From Octopus sinensis (Eukaryota), in assembly GCF_006345805.1 (NCBI RefSeq), contig NC_043001.1, positions 186,001 through 250,000 on the forward strand: a DNA stretch of 64,000 nt, given 5' to 3'. The translations under genes and the position numbers were made by a program. The notes below the pieces were generated by a model. It was not told where the DNA came from. It saw nothing but the letters and a program-made list of their open reading frames with translations, and did no database searches. Every line of letters begins with the position of its first letter. Positions within the stretch are counted from its first letter, which is position 1. Of the stretch, positions 1-12,137 are shown piece by piece.

Positions 1-1281
1 GCTCATGTTTGTGACATATCATTCCATGATCGACTTTCTCAAAGGCCTTTGCAAAGTCGAGATATATGACTTCCACATTTGTGTGGTTGAGCAGTCGTTT
101 CAGCATCCAGTCATAGTGTTGTAGAAGCTGAGTTAAGCAGCTTCTTCCTGGTCGGAAACCATGTTGGGTGTCAGGCAGCAAGTCATTTTCTTCAAGGAAG
201 GTGATCAGTTTCCTTCTGACTATTCGTTCCATGACCTTGCTGATGTGTGAGGTTAGAGAGATAGGTCTGTAGTTCTTGGCCTCCGCTCTGCTACCTCCTT
301 TATGAATAGGGCATATTTTACCTTCCTTCAGTTTTCTTGGAAGTTTGCCAGCTGCAAGGAAGCTCTGAAAGAGGAACTGCAGTGGTCTTGCTAGGACTCT
401 CTTACATACTTTTAGGAGGATTGCCGGGAATCCATTGGGGCCAGTAGCTGAGTCTGTTTTCATTTCATCTATAGCCTTTATATCGATGTAATCTATCGTC
501 GCCGCCTCTGATTTTATATCTGCAGTGGTAAAGAAGTCAGTTGGATTGGTGATTTGGAAATGCCCAAGGGGTGGAGTGAAAACACTCTTGAATTGCTCAT
601 TCAGTATTTCACTTACCCTCATTGGATTTCCTGTGAGTGTGCCATCCCTTTCAAGGAGTGGCCCTATTCTACAGTGCACCGTAGCTGTTTCTTTGGCATA
701 CCTGTAGAAAGCTCTGGGGTTAGATTTTATGTTGTCTATAGCCCAGGCTTCTTTGTCTGCTCTTTCCTTTTCATGAGAGAGTTGCAGGCATTTTTCAATT
801 GCCAACAGTTTTATTTTCAGGCGGGACTTTTCACTGCTTTCAATTTGTTTGTTTAGGCAATTTGAAATTTTTGTACGCCGTCTCATTAAAATTTTCCTCT
901 CTCTGGGGATTTTGTTCTTGTGTACAGTGGCCTTTCTCTCTGGGACACATTTGTAGCATATGGCTTGCATTACAGACATGAATTGTTGAAGTTTCACGTC
1001 GATGTCTGGCGAGGAGAGACATTCAGGCCAGTTTTGTTTGAGGATCTCTTTCTCAATTTGTTTCCAGTTTGCCTTATGGAAGTTCAAGCTGGAAAGATTC
1101 TGAGAGTTTCTTGTAGGCTGCATGTCCATGCTTTCCTTTGGCCCGTACATGGTCAGCTCTACCATGTTGTGATCCGAGAGTAGTGTCAGTGTCACTTTCA
1201 CATTATGGATGAGATCCATATTATTTGTGAAGCAGAGATCCAGTGTGCTACCTGCCCTGGTTGGTTGGAGTATTACTTGCT
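1..1281 (-). mobile_element. CR1/L2-type LINE fragment (end of APE endonuclease to start of RT), frameshifted, runs off window edge
   Basis: Minus-strand translation gives [14 protein letters not shown]...LSDHNMV (APE C-terminus), [14 protein letters not shown] and [15 protein letters not shown]...[14 protein letters not shown] (RT motifs). Confidence 0.92.
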
Positions 1282-1283
1282 CC

Positions 1284-1317
1284 ATATATATACATATATA
1301 TACATATATATATAACA

Positions 1318-1352
<35 letters not shown>

Positions 1353-1381
1353 GTACATATATATATATATACATATATAAT

Positions 1382-1415
<34 letters not shown>

Positions 1416-1460
1416 ATATACATATATATATATATATACATACATATATAATATATATAC

Positions 1461-1494
<34 letters not shown>

Positions 1495-1557
1495 ATACAT
1501 ACATATATATATATATATACATATATATATACATACATATATATATATATACACACA

Positions 1558-1591
<34 letters not shown>

Positions 1592-1779
1592 CATACATAT
1601 ATATATACATACATATATATATATAACATACATATATATATACATATATATATATATACATATATATATATAATATACATATATATATACATACATATAT
1701 ATATACATACATATATATATACATACATATATATATACACATATATATATACATACATATATATATACACATATATATA
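1284..1779. repeat. (TA)n/(TATACA)n compound microsatellite
   Basis: Direct reading; source of the spurious YI-rich ORFs. Confidence 0.97.
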
Positions 1780-3425
1780 GTAAGTACATTTGGAGACCTA
1801 AATCACAAAATATTAATTATAGTTTAATTTGGGAAATAATTTGTAAAACTAAATCATATACTATAGGAGCTAATTGTTGTTATTTATGCTCTAATGAGTT
1901 TAAAGAAATTTTATTTTATAAGTATGATAATTTACTTAATACAGGTGAAGAGCGCAAAATAAAATGCAGACATAGGTTACTTTACCTATATAATAAGTTT
2001 CATGATAATAACAATAATAGTTCCTATTAAAGGTTACTTTAGTTTAATATTAAATTTAGTTTAGAGTATTATATATATTTAGTTATGTAGTCTAGGCTTT
2101 AATTATAGTTAGTCTTTAATTGATATTTCTTTGTTTTAATTAGTTCATTTTTAATGTATATTAATATATAACAGTTTATGGTACGTTAAAACTTTAATAA
2201 TTTATATTAGATTTATTTTATTTTCTTTACTTATTTATTTATTTATTTTATTATGTATTTTTATTATGTATATGTTATATGTATTTTGAGGATATTTCTT
2301 ATGGATGATTGGGTGTATTTAGTGGTGTATATATTGAGTTTTGTATGTATGTGTGAATGTTTACGATCCCTTTGTTTTTTATTTGGTATGTTGAATTGGC
2401 AGTTTTTTATTGGGTTATTGTCTGTTATAATACACGTTTATATAGATATTTGGGAGATTGTCCGTGAATATGTAGGTATGGGTGTGTATGCATGTGTGCG
2501 TGTGTACAAGTGCAAGTGTAGATGCGGGAGTGTATGAGTGCTATGTAATTGAGTGGGATTATTTATGCACTTGTATACATGCATGTTTGAATGTGCGTGT
2601 GTTTGCACCCGTCTGCGTGTACACACTCATATATAAATATAATTATATTAATATTTATTTACTTTTTTGAAAGACTGTTTCTTATATATATGTGTATGTG
2701 ATGTTATGTGTGAATGTATATATATATTTTATATATATATATGTTTATGTTTGTATATGTATTTATTTAATAATTTATTGAGTGTGGGAATGAATATATT
2801 GGTGTATATATCGAGGTTTGTACGTATGTATATGTTTGTGAGAGTGTGTATATGGTTATGTTTGTGGGTGTGTGTATATATGTGTGTGTATTTGTGTGTA
2901 TTGTTTTTTGGTAAGTGGTTTTATTTGTATGTATGGATTTCATTTATCATGATTATTTTATTTAGAATTTTTTAGTATTTTAGTCCCCATGCATTATGGC
3001 TTGGTTTGTTGCTCATGGTAGTTTTTTATTGGGTATTGTTTTGTAGCCATTTATACGTATATTTGGATGTCTAGGAGAGTGTCCGTGAATATGTATGTTG
3101 CATGAGTGTGTGTGTATGTGTGCGCGTGTATAAGTGCATGTGTAGGTGTGGGAGTGCATGGTGCTATGTAAAAGTGTGCTTGTGTATGCACTTGTATACA
3201 TGCATGATTGATGTGCGTGAGTTGCACCCATTTTTAAGGATGTATATGTTTATTTATCTGTATGGGTGTGTGAGTGAATTTTTGGTGTATATATCGAGGT
3301 TTATACGTATGTATAGGTTGTGTGAGTGAGGTGGGTATTTGTATATGTCGTGGGTGTGTGGTTTACGTGTGTGTATTTGTGTGTGAATGTATAGGTTAGG
3401 GGGATTGCTATATAGGTATGTTATA

Positions 3426-3659
3426 TAAGGCGGCGAGCTGGCAGAAACGTTAGCACGCCGGGCGAAATGCGTTGCCGTATTTCGTCTGCCGTTACGTTCC
3501 GAGTTCAAATTCCGCCGAGGTCGACTTTGCCTTTCATCCTTCCGGGGTCGATAAATTAAGTACCACTTACGCACTGGGGTCGATGTAATCGACTTAATCC
3601 GTTTGTCTGTCCTTGTTTGTCTCCTCTGTGTTTAGCCCCTTGTGGGTAGTAAAGAAATA
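3426..3659 (+). mobile_element. tRNA-derived SINE, family A, full length with 17-bp TSD
   Basis: A-box-like TGGCAGAAACGTTAG, B-box GAGTTCAAATTCC, central GCCTTTCATCCTTCCGGGGTCGATAAA; TSD TATATAGGTATGTTATA at 3409-3425 and 3660-3676. Confidence 0.93.
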
Positions 3660-5049
3660 TATATAGGTATGTTATAGAGTTTAGTAAAGGGAGGTTTTAT
3701 CATTATATGTTTTATGAGTTTTAGTTTATCATGTAGTTTTATTAAAGAATTTGTAGTACTTTATGTCTATTTATGATGTTTGTTATTTTATTACATTATT
3801 CCATTCATAATTTTTAAGTAATGTCGTTTACCCCACCACGTGAATATAATTTTTAATTCCATTTATTCCATTCATAATTTTAAATGACGTTCGTTTCCAG
3901 AGCGCGAATACTTTTTATACATATGTTAGTTTCCTATGGTAACGTAATTTTGTTTGACGTTTTTAACGGCTAGAGTTTAATTTCACTTCATAAATTGAAA
4001 CTGATTTGAAAGTATGTATATTTTTTTCTCCTTATGTTAATCTTGTTACTTATGATATTCTGGTTACTTATGAAGTATTTTATATATCGTATTATGTGTA
4101 GTAAGGTTGTTTTTCTTTTGAGTGTTTATGTATGTGTGAATGTGTGTGTGTGTGTGTATTTTAGTTGTGTAATTTATTTATCTGTATGAGTGTGGGTGTG
4201 AACATATTGTTGTATATATTGAGTTTAAGTACGTATGTATATGTAATGTGAGGGGGTATACGTATATGTTTTGTGTGTGTTGTTTACGTATGTATATTTG
4301 TGTTGAATGTATATATGGAGATTGCTATATAGGTATAATTGTGTATGGTAAGGGAGTTTTATCATATTGTATATGGGTTTCATTTATCATGATGGTTTAT
4401 TAATGATTTGTAGTAAATTCTGTATATTTAAGTTGATTATATATTATTCCATTCATAATTTAAAAAAAAAAACGTTCGATCACCACGTGTAAAGAATTGT
4501 TTATTTTTCTTTTGAGTGTTTATGTATGTGTGAATGTGTGTGTGTGTGTGTGTGTGATTGTTTGCGTAATTTATTTATCTGTATAGATGTGGGTGTGAAT
4601 ATATTGGTGTATATATCGAGTTATGTATGTTTGTATATGTATGTGTGAGCGGGTATACGTATATTGTTTATGAATGTGGGTTGTATGTGTGTGTGAGGGA
4701 GTATGAATAAGTATTGTGTTGAAGTATTTGGCTATTTTATTTATTTATCGTTGCCTAGACGTTTTTATGTGTATGTATAGGGATATATATATAGGTGTGT
4801 GAGTTAGTGTATGTATTTAGATATGGTTATATATACTTAGTTATATGTGTATGGGTGTATATATAGTTTATTTTTATTTTTTTTATATTTAATTGTTGAT
4901 AGGTTTATTTTAGTTTATATATTGATTATATATGGATTATATATAGGTTTATAATAGATTATATATTTATATTTTTTTCATTGATACTTTAATTATTTTA
5001 AATTATTTTTTATACTTATATTTTTAAATTATATATTTAGATCGGAAAT

Positions 5050-5092
5050 CCACCTGAAGATTGTCGTTCAAGACATGAAACAATTGTAGTGG
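5050..5092 (+). ncRNA. Minimal type I hammerhead ribozyme motif (family 1)
   Basis: CCAC-CTGAAGA-TTGTC(GTTCAA)GACAT-GAAA-C AATT G-TA-GTGG: stem I CCAC/GTGG, CUGANGA core, stem II, GAAA, palindromic stem III ACAATTGT, GUA cleavage triplet (after 5088). Confidence 0.85.
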
Positions 5093-5207
5093 CGGCTTTT
5101 TTACTTTTTATTAAAATTTTATGTATTGATTAAGTCTTTCCTTGTTTGTTTTGCAAAATAGTGGTTTTGTCTCTAATTAATATTATATATATACATATAT
5201 ATATATA

Positions 5208-5790
5208 AGTAGTTGATAGAATTATCTTCTTATGGATAATTCGGTTAACCGATACCTGGGTAGCAAATTCACATCAGAGAAGACACGTTTGAAGTTACAT
5301 GCTTTCGTGTGGAAATTTGTATGTTTTTTTTAAAAATATAAATATATGAAAGAATGGAGTTGAACAACGAATTAACAAAATTACTTTATTTTCGACATAT
5401 GTTTCGAAGGCTGCATATTCCTAATTGCGAAGGAATAAGGAGTATATTATGCCACTTTCAGGAAAAGCAAGGAACTTATGTCAACATCAAGATGCACAAA
5501 AAACTTTTAGATGACTGCTCACATGGAGCCCATAGTGAAAATGAGTGTCTCTTTAAAAAAATTCCTTTATAAGGAGTGACGTCAAAATGGTTGAATGTAG
5601 AAGAATCTAGAAGGTTCTAAGGGTTCAAACGAAGTAGGAGAAGAGAGGCATAAGAATAGGAAGGTGAAAGGGTGCAGTTCAAATGAATGGTGAATTTTCT
5701 TTTGTTAGTGAGTGTCTGTGTGTGTGACTGTATATAACGGTATTAATGTGTGTGTGTGTGTATGTGTGTGCGTGATTATGTTTGTGATTA
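5208..5790 (-). mobile_element. HHR family 2 non-autonomous element; ribozyme core damaged by a 5-nt deletion
   Basis: Reverse complement aligns along 30720-31330 and 38296-38645; keeps CGAAACATATGTCGAAAATAAAG but reads CCTGAAAGTGGC where 38381 has CCTGATGAGAAAGTGGC. Confidence 0.8.
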
Positions 5791-5887
5791 TGTTTTAAGG
5801 TGAAATTCAAGCTCCTTCCATTTCATCATGTACTGTCTATGGTCCATTGCTTTCTCATGTTCTTCTAAGGACTTGCTTCAGAGATTG

Positions 5888-6516
5888 TCAACTGCTGAAT
5901 CCTTCAGATGTTAGTCTCATTTTACAATGACCGAACAGATTGCAACAGAAACAACATACCACATCATGCTGAATTGAATATACAAACCACATTCGAACTA
6001 TGTTTTTGCCATTTAGCAGCATCTTAGAAAAGAAGTCAGGATTGAATCTGCGGTTTTCTTTTGATTTAGAAAATTGGTATCTTTTTACTTGAACAGCTCC
6101 AAGTTTCATAATGTGATTATGCATGCCATCAGATATAGTTTCTAGCCAAGATGCAGGGTCAGTAGTGATAGTGACTGCTTCTTGTTGCACAACCATATTT
6201 TCAGCAATAGGTAAAGATTGTTGACAGTATGCATCATATAAGTCCTTTGCATTTCCCTCCGCTGCTGAAAATGTAGAAACCTGCTGTGAATTTTCATCGC
6301 ATCCTTGCATTTGTTGTTGTTCGGTGTTTCCATCATTATTTGCTTGCCCGTCTTCTCCGGGCTGTGGTGCATTGCTATTTGATGATAATAATGTCACTGA
6401 TGTATATGGTAGCATAAATTGATCCATAATTCCAGCCATACGCTTCCTGTCGTTTGCCAGTTGCTCTCATTTTGTGCACCAGATTCATGCTTTCAGAACA
6501 ACATCACTTGAGATCT
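5888..6516 (-). pseudogene. hAT-transposase N-terminal region / TTF-type zinc finger (ZMYM-like) relic
   Basis: ORF 5888-6439 ends RRFNPDFFSKMLLNGKNIVRMWFVYSIQHDVVCCFCCNLFG (W-x-x-Y-S...C-F-C-C-x-L-F TTF finger); frameshifted ESGAQ...RKRMAG start upstream; premature stop and no DDE core; acceptor-like ttgtatttcag near 6517. Confidence 0.72.
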
Positions 6517-7222
6517 GAAATACAAGGTGATCAGTAAAAATAGCATGAAATTTATTGCATAAGATTAATACAAGATTTACAAATGTTACATACACACGTA
6601 ATACTTTGGGCCTTATCAACAATTATAAATACATATCTTGGTCTATATGTATTTGGTCATGACAAACAGATACAGGTGACACACATACAAGTGTAATGTG
6701 TGGGCATAAGTATAGCTACAGAACATGCAGTGAAATATAAATTTAAAATATGCAAATTATGTATTAAACCCATTTTTGCCCGTTGTTCCATTTAGTGGGA
6801 TGGTTCATTTTGTTTTTCAGATATCATTTCAAATAATCTATTTTCCAGACAGTCACCGTTGACGCTTACATTTTGCTACCAAAGAATCCTGTTACTCTAT
6901 TTCAGTGATTTTCATGATAAATTGGTATAAGAAAGCTTTCATTACGTTCATCAGGTTCATAAGAAATGATGGAAATTGAGGGAGACACAAGATCTTGGTT
7001 TGATTTTTTTCTATCCCTTGTTTTGGAGCTTTCCAGAGAAAGATCAGTGTCATTGTCACAACTAGGTTTAAAATATCCACAAATATCCATTTCAAATCAA
7101 GTTATGTTAGAATCTTTTTAAAAAATCTTTAAAAAATACTCATACAAATTAAAATACAAAAAATTTCCAGTCCAAAACAAAAGCAAACTATTTCAAATTA
7201 TATATTTTTGAACAATAGATGT

Positions 7223-7378
7223 GAATGGCTGTATGGTAAGTAGCTCGCTTACCTACCACATGGTTTCCAAGTTCAGTCCCACTGTGTGGCACCTTGGGCA
7301 AGTGTCTTCTACTATGGCCTCAGGCCAACCAAAGCCTTGTGAATGGATTTGGTAGATGAAAACTGAAAGAAGCCCATC
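7223..7378 (+). mobile_element. SINE family B, 5' half
   Basis: Matches 7700-7852: TGGTAAGTAGC...GTTCAGTCCCACTG...GGCAAGTGTCTTCTACTAT...GAAAGAAGCCC. Confidence 0.88.
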
Positions 7379-7564
7379 TAGGTAAAATTATACTAATGTG
7401 TCCATCTGTTTTAATTTAATTTGATTCTGTCTTTATGCAGCTGAAGATTGTTCTGCATTTAAATTGATGTAATGATTGCATTGTTCAATGAAATGGAATT
7501 GATGAAACAATAGTACTGCATTACCTCTGGATATCCTGTTGCTTAATTTGATTATATATATATA

Positions 7565-7622
<58 letters not shown>

Positions 7623-7691
7623 ATAGGTGGCCTAGTAGGTAAGGTGTTAGAAGTAGTGACATAATCTCTGCCAGGAAATTCATTTTTTTAT

Positions 7692-7854
7692 AGGCGCAGG
7701 AGTGGCTGTGTGGTAAGTAGCTTGCTTACCAACCACATGGTCCGGGTTCAGTCTCACTGCGTGGCACCTGGGCAAGTGTCTTCTACTATAGCCTCGGGCC
7801 GACCAAAGCCTTGTGAGTGGATTGGTAGACGGAAACTGAAAGAAGCCCGTCGTA

Positions 7855-7919
<65 letters not shown>

Positions 7920-8150
7920 ATATATGTGTGTGTGTGTATGTCTGTGTGTCTGTGTTTGTCCCCTCAACATCGCTTGACAACCGATGCTGGTGTGTTTACG
8001 TCCCCGAAACTTAGCGGTTCGGCAAAAGAAACCGATAGAATAAGTACTAGGCTTACAAAGAATAAGTCCTGGGGTCGATTTGGTTGACTAAAGGCGGTGC
8101 TCCAGCATGGCCACAGTCAAAATGACTAAAACAAGTAAAAGAGTAAAAGA
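7692..8150 (+). mobile_element. SINE family B, full length with internal (TA)n/(GT)n
   Basis: tRNA-like head AGGCGCAGGAGTGGCTGTGTGGTAAG...GGGTTCAGTC, GGCAAGTGTCTT block, 3' half CATCGCTTGACAACC...CAGCATGGCCACAGTC, tail (GTAAAAGA)n. Confidence 0.92.
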
Positions 8151-8154
8151 GATA

Positions 8155-9085
8155 ATGAAATTATTGTATACAGTGCTCAGGTGCACCACAACTTGTCAAA
8201 AGTGCGTATAAAGCATATGCAGTAATGTACAAATGTCTGGGAAGTGAACAGTGTATGAGTCAGATACAAGCTTGCGTGTGTATGGAGGGGAGAAAATCAG
8301 GTGTAGTGTTAGCGAATCTCAGGAAGCATGGAAGTTTTGAAGGATGCAGTGCTCTGACAACTAACAACTGATGCCAGCAGTTTGTTCCATGCTTCAGCAA
8401 CTCTTAGCGTGAAAAAATGTTTCCAAAAGTCATGGGAGCTGTACAGTTTTCTGACTTTGTAAACATGTCCATGGGTGTTAGACAGGTGGAGTTTGAAAAG
8501 GTGCTTAGAGTTATTGTTAGTAAAATGGTTAATAATTTTATGGGTGTCTGCCAAGTCAGCTGCCAGATGTCGGAGTTTCAATGTATCCATGCCCAGGGAA
8601 GTAAGGTGTTCAGAATATGGCAAATGCCTGATGGAGGGTATTCTCATGGTTGCGCGTCACTGAACAGCTTCCAGACGATTAACATCCTGGGCAAGATAGG
8701 GGTTCCAGACTGGTGATGCAAATTCCAGGTGAGGTCTTACCATAGCTATATAAAGCCTCAGATAAATAGCCGGAGAGCAGTTCACAAAGGACATGGTAAT
8801 TGATGCCAAGACACCCTCAGCCTTCTTGGCAATTTTAGCAATGTGTTTTGTCCAACGCAAATTGCCATTGACAATAATGCCCAGGTCACATTCACAAGAA
8901 GACTTTTTGAGATTAGCGTTGTGGAGGGAGTGAGTAGACGCTGAGTTTTTCCTCCTAAAATGCATGGTGGTACATTTGTCCACAGCCAGCTTGAGTTGCC
9001 AGTCCACGATCCACTGCTGCATTGTGTCCAGGTCTGATTGCAATAAAGATCTATAGTGTACAGGATCTGTCCTCTTTATTTTGAG
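8155..9085 (-). mobile_element. CR1-type LINE 3' fragment (RT C-terminus)
   Basis: ORFs 8657-9208 and 8309-8647: WQLKLAVDKC, DLGIIV, MVRPHLEFASPVWNPY, HFFTLRVAEAWNKL. Confidence 0.92.
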
Positions 9086-9129
<44 letters not shown>

Positions 9130-9131
9130 AC

Positions 9132-9642
9132 ATTATTTTGAAAAGTATTATTTTTTTACTTAAGTTTGTAGTTTCAGAGAAAGGTAAGAAAGTCTTCATA
9201 TTTGGCACCTTTGGTATTTTGACTTTATATATATATATATATAAATGTATGTATGTATGTGAGTGTATATGTTTGTGTGTCTGTGTTTGTCACCCCCACA
9301 ACATCGCTTGACAACCAAAGTTGGTGTATTTACGAACCCATAACTTAGCGGTGCGGCAAAAGAGAAGATAAGTCCTGGGGTCAATTTAGTCGGCTAAAGG
9401 TGGTGCTCCAGCATGACCACAGTGAAATGATTGAAACAAATAAAAAGAATAAAAAGAACAGTCGTAAAAGTTTTTTCTTAAATTCTATTTTTCATTGTTA
9501 GCTGTTGCAATATTTTGATTGGTTAGACAATAGTACAGTTCAAACTATAAAGTCAAAATACCAAAGATACCAAATACGAAGACTTTCTTACCTTTCTCTG
9601 AAACAACAAAATCAAGTAAAAAATAATACTTTGCAAAATAAT
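9132..9642. mobile_element. Foldback/MITE-like element with ~98-bp TIRs enclosing a SINE-B 3' half (copy 1)
   Basis: 9132-9229 is the reverse complement of 9546-9642 (about 90% identical); flanked by (TA)n. Confidence 0.78.
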
Positions 9643-9687
9643 ATATATATATATATATATATAATATATATATATATATATCGATAC

Positions 9688-10198
9688 ATTATTTTGAAAA
9701 GTATTATTTTTTTACTTAAGTTTGTAGTTTCAGAGAAAGGTAAGAAAGTCTTCATATTTGGCACCTTTGGTATTTTGACTTTATATATATATATATATAA
9801 ATGTATGTATGTATGTGAGTGTATATGTTTGTGTGTCTGTGTTTGTCACCCCCACAACATCGCTTGACAACCAAAGTTGGTGTATTTACGAACCCATAAC
9901 TTAGCGGTGCGGCAAAAGAGAAGATAAGTCCTGGGGTCAATTTAGTCGGCTAAAGGTGGTGCTCCAGCATGACCACAGTGAAATGATTGAAACAAATAAA
10001 AAGAATAAAAAGAACAGTCGTAAAAGTTTTTTCTTAAATTCTATTTTTCATTGTTAGCTGTTGCAATATTTTGATTGGTTAGACAATAGTACAGTTCAAA
10101 CTATAAAGTCAAAATACCAAAGATACCAAATACGAAGACTTTCTTACCTTTCTCTGAAACAACAAAATCAAGTAAAAAATAATACTTTGCAAAATAAA
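9688..10198. mobile_element. Second, tandem copy of the foldback element (period 556 bp)
   Basis: Identical ORF translations offset by 556 (9196/9752, 9505/10061). Confidence 0.85.
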
Positions 10199-10199
10199 G

Positions 10200-10235
<36 letters not shown>

Positions 10236-11189
10236 TACACACAAACTTCTATGCGTTTGTGTGCGTGCACGCGCACACTTTGATTTTGGCACAGAAAGAA
10301 TTTTATCTTCAGTTTTTATTGCATTAGAGGTCAACAGCCACTGTTTTGGGTACAAAGTGGCCAGCTATACAGAGAGAGAGAGAGAGAGAGAAAGAGGAAG
10401 AGACAGAGACAGAGAGATTAAGAGATGTGCGTTTGTTTGGTACATGACTATCAAATAGAACTGACTAAAGCCTTGTTAATGGATTTGGTAGACAGAAACA
10501 AAAAAAAACAGTTGTGTGTGTGTGAATGTGTGTACGTATGCCTATGTGTATGTATATGTTTGTATGTATGTATAAGTAGACATCCTCACCTTTCATCCCC
10601 ACTGCTGCTTTTTCTTGTCTTCTCTGTTGAAGTTGTTCATATTTTCAGTTTTGGGGGATTTCTTTTGTTTTTTCTTTTATCTCCCGAGGGAATTCGTTGA
10701 CAAGCATTTTTCATTTCTTTTAGATTTATTTACAGTGCACCCTCATACTTTTTACCTCATTTGGCTTGAAATTTTCAGTCAACTTCTTAACCAAAGTAAA
10801 TAGATTACTCATCTATGTACTTTGATCTTAACATGGGACCCCCAACTGCAGAGGCCCCTGTGGTTGTAGGTGCTGCAGGGGCCTCTGCAATGGCCATTTA
10901 CATCGCCATCATCTGATTGAAAATCGCATTCAGCAACTGGATGTCTCAGCTTGATAAATATGTCTATAGGGCCTCGCTTCACCACCTGTAAATTAAGGAT
11001 TAAAATAATTAGGCATAACAACAGATTTCTGCCCCCGCCTAACCCGACTTTGGATGATGATAACTTTCAGAAAAATGGATATTTTTTTAATGAAATTTTT
11101 TTACGTATATGTGTTATATCATGTAGATTCTGAATACACAAAATTTTGGTGGGGAAGTGTTTTAGGACGGGGAGGGGTGGGGAATTTCG

Positions 11190-11690
11190 AAAGCTGGGGC
11201 ATCCTTTTATGAAAAAATATTTCGCAAATTTTTACAATACGACCCACACTCCACGCACCCTCATATCCCACTCTAGACCGATTTAGGCATATTGTTTTTG
11301 TTGTTTTTGACCCTTCAAAACCATGGGAGAAGCCTTTTAAGTAAAAAAAAAAAAGAAAGAAAATATTCAAAAAATATCGTTAATATTTTTATTGGGCGAC
11401 AAAATTCATCAATTTAAGAGATATGGCTGTTGTTTCTAGCACATGCCAACACAACTCTCCTCGTTTGTTTATCAATAGCGATAACGCAAATGATTTCAGC
11501 TCAAAAGAGAGCATAGGATTGGTTAGAATTCGAAAAATTAAACTACGTTAAACAAACAAATTACAAATTTATCAAAAAAGCCAAGTGAAAATAATGTTTT
11601 CTTTTGACACATTCTACCAGTATACGAAGTTTTAAAGTGTTTAGTTAACTAGAAATTGTGTTGAAATCTGGCTATCAAAAGGAAAAGATC
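11190..11690. repeat. Dispersed repeat homologous to 37458-37964 (partial copy of foldback family)
   Basis: Shared CTGGGGCATCCTTTTATGAA...CAAAACCATGGGAGAAGCC...CTAGCACATGC and GACACATTCTACCAGTATACGAAG...CAAAAGGAAAAGATCC. Confidence 0.8.
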
Positions 11691-12137
11691 CCAGAAATCT
11701 GTAGTTATGCCGATAATTAACATTGTCGCAAATATTCGAGTGTTTCTATTACCTTATTTTATTTAGTTAAAGTAATTAATTTTTTCTTTAATTCTTTTAA
11801 TAGAAAAAAATATTGTCTATGCGTAACAATTATAATTGAATTTGTTTTCTTTATGTGTGTTAAAAAGAAAATTATTATTCTGGTAAAATCTTTGAAATTT
11901 GGTGAACACGTTGTTCTGAATTGGTATTTAAGAAATAAAGTTTAACATTTTTTTAAATGTAATAATAATAAAGAAGCTATTTGCGTATTATTAAAGGGCC
12001 ACACACTATTACAGCCACAGTAACAATACACTTGTCCTGACTGATTTGTTTTCAACCTCTCGAGAAAAAGGAATCGGTAGGTAAGGAATTTAGTTAAGAT
12101 ATTTTGTTCTCATAATTTATCATTATATTACAAACAG

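Larger units (their letters stand above)
1790..5177 (+). mobile_element. T/G-rich, C-poor non-coding repeat, copy A, with 3'-proximal hammerhead ribozyme (HHR family 1); 5' boundary approximate
   Basis: Blocks shared with 32830-34673 (e.g. 4670-5177 vs 34113-34673, high identity by eye); both end at GTCTCTAAT followed by (TA)n. Confidence 0.7.

Noticed and set aside
1248-1772. Long Y/I/M/C-rich ORFs here and at 17752-18154, 18422-19147, 24402-25198, 34669-35103 and 45090-45624
   Set aside because: They are translations of (TA)n, (TATACA)n and (CA)n microsatellites, not proteins.
1946-1980. GTGAAGAGCGC...GCAGACATAGGTT, loosely HHR-like
   Set aside because: Both core segments deviate (GTGA, AGAC) and the stems are too weak.
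3426-3520. tRNA-like A/B boxes here and at 7692, 30290 and 42758
   Set aside because: They are SINE heads followed by SINE bodies and TSDs; no complete cloverleaf.
6892-7095. Short minus-strand ORFs upstream of the TTF relic
   Set aside because: No recognisable motif; length is compatible with chance.
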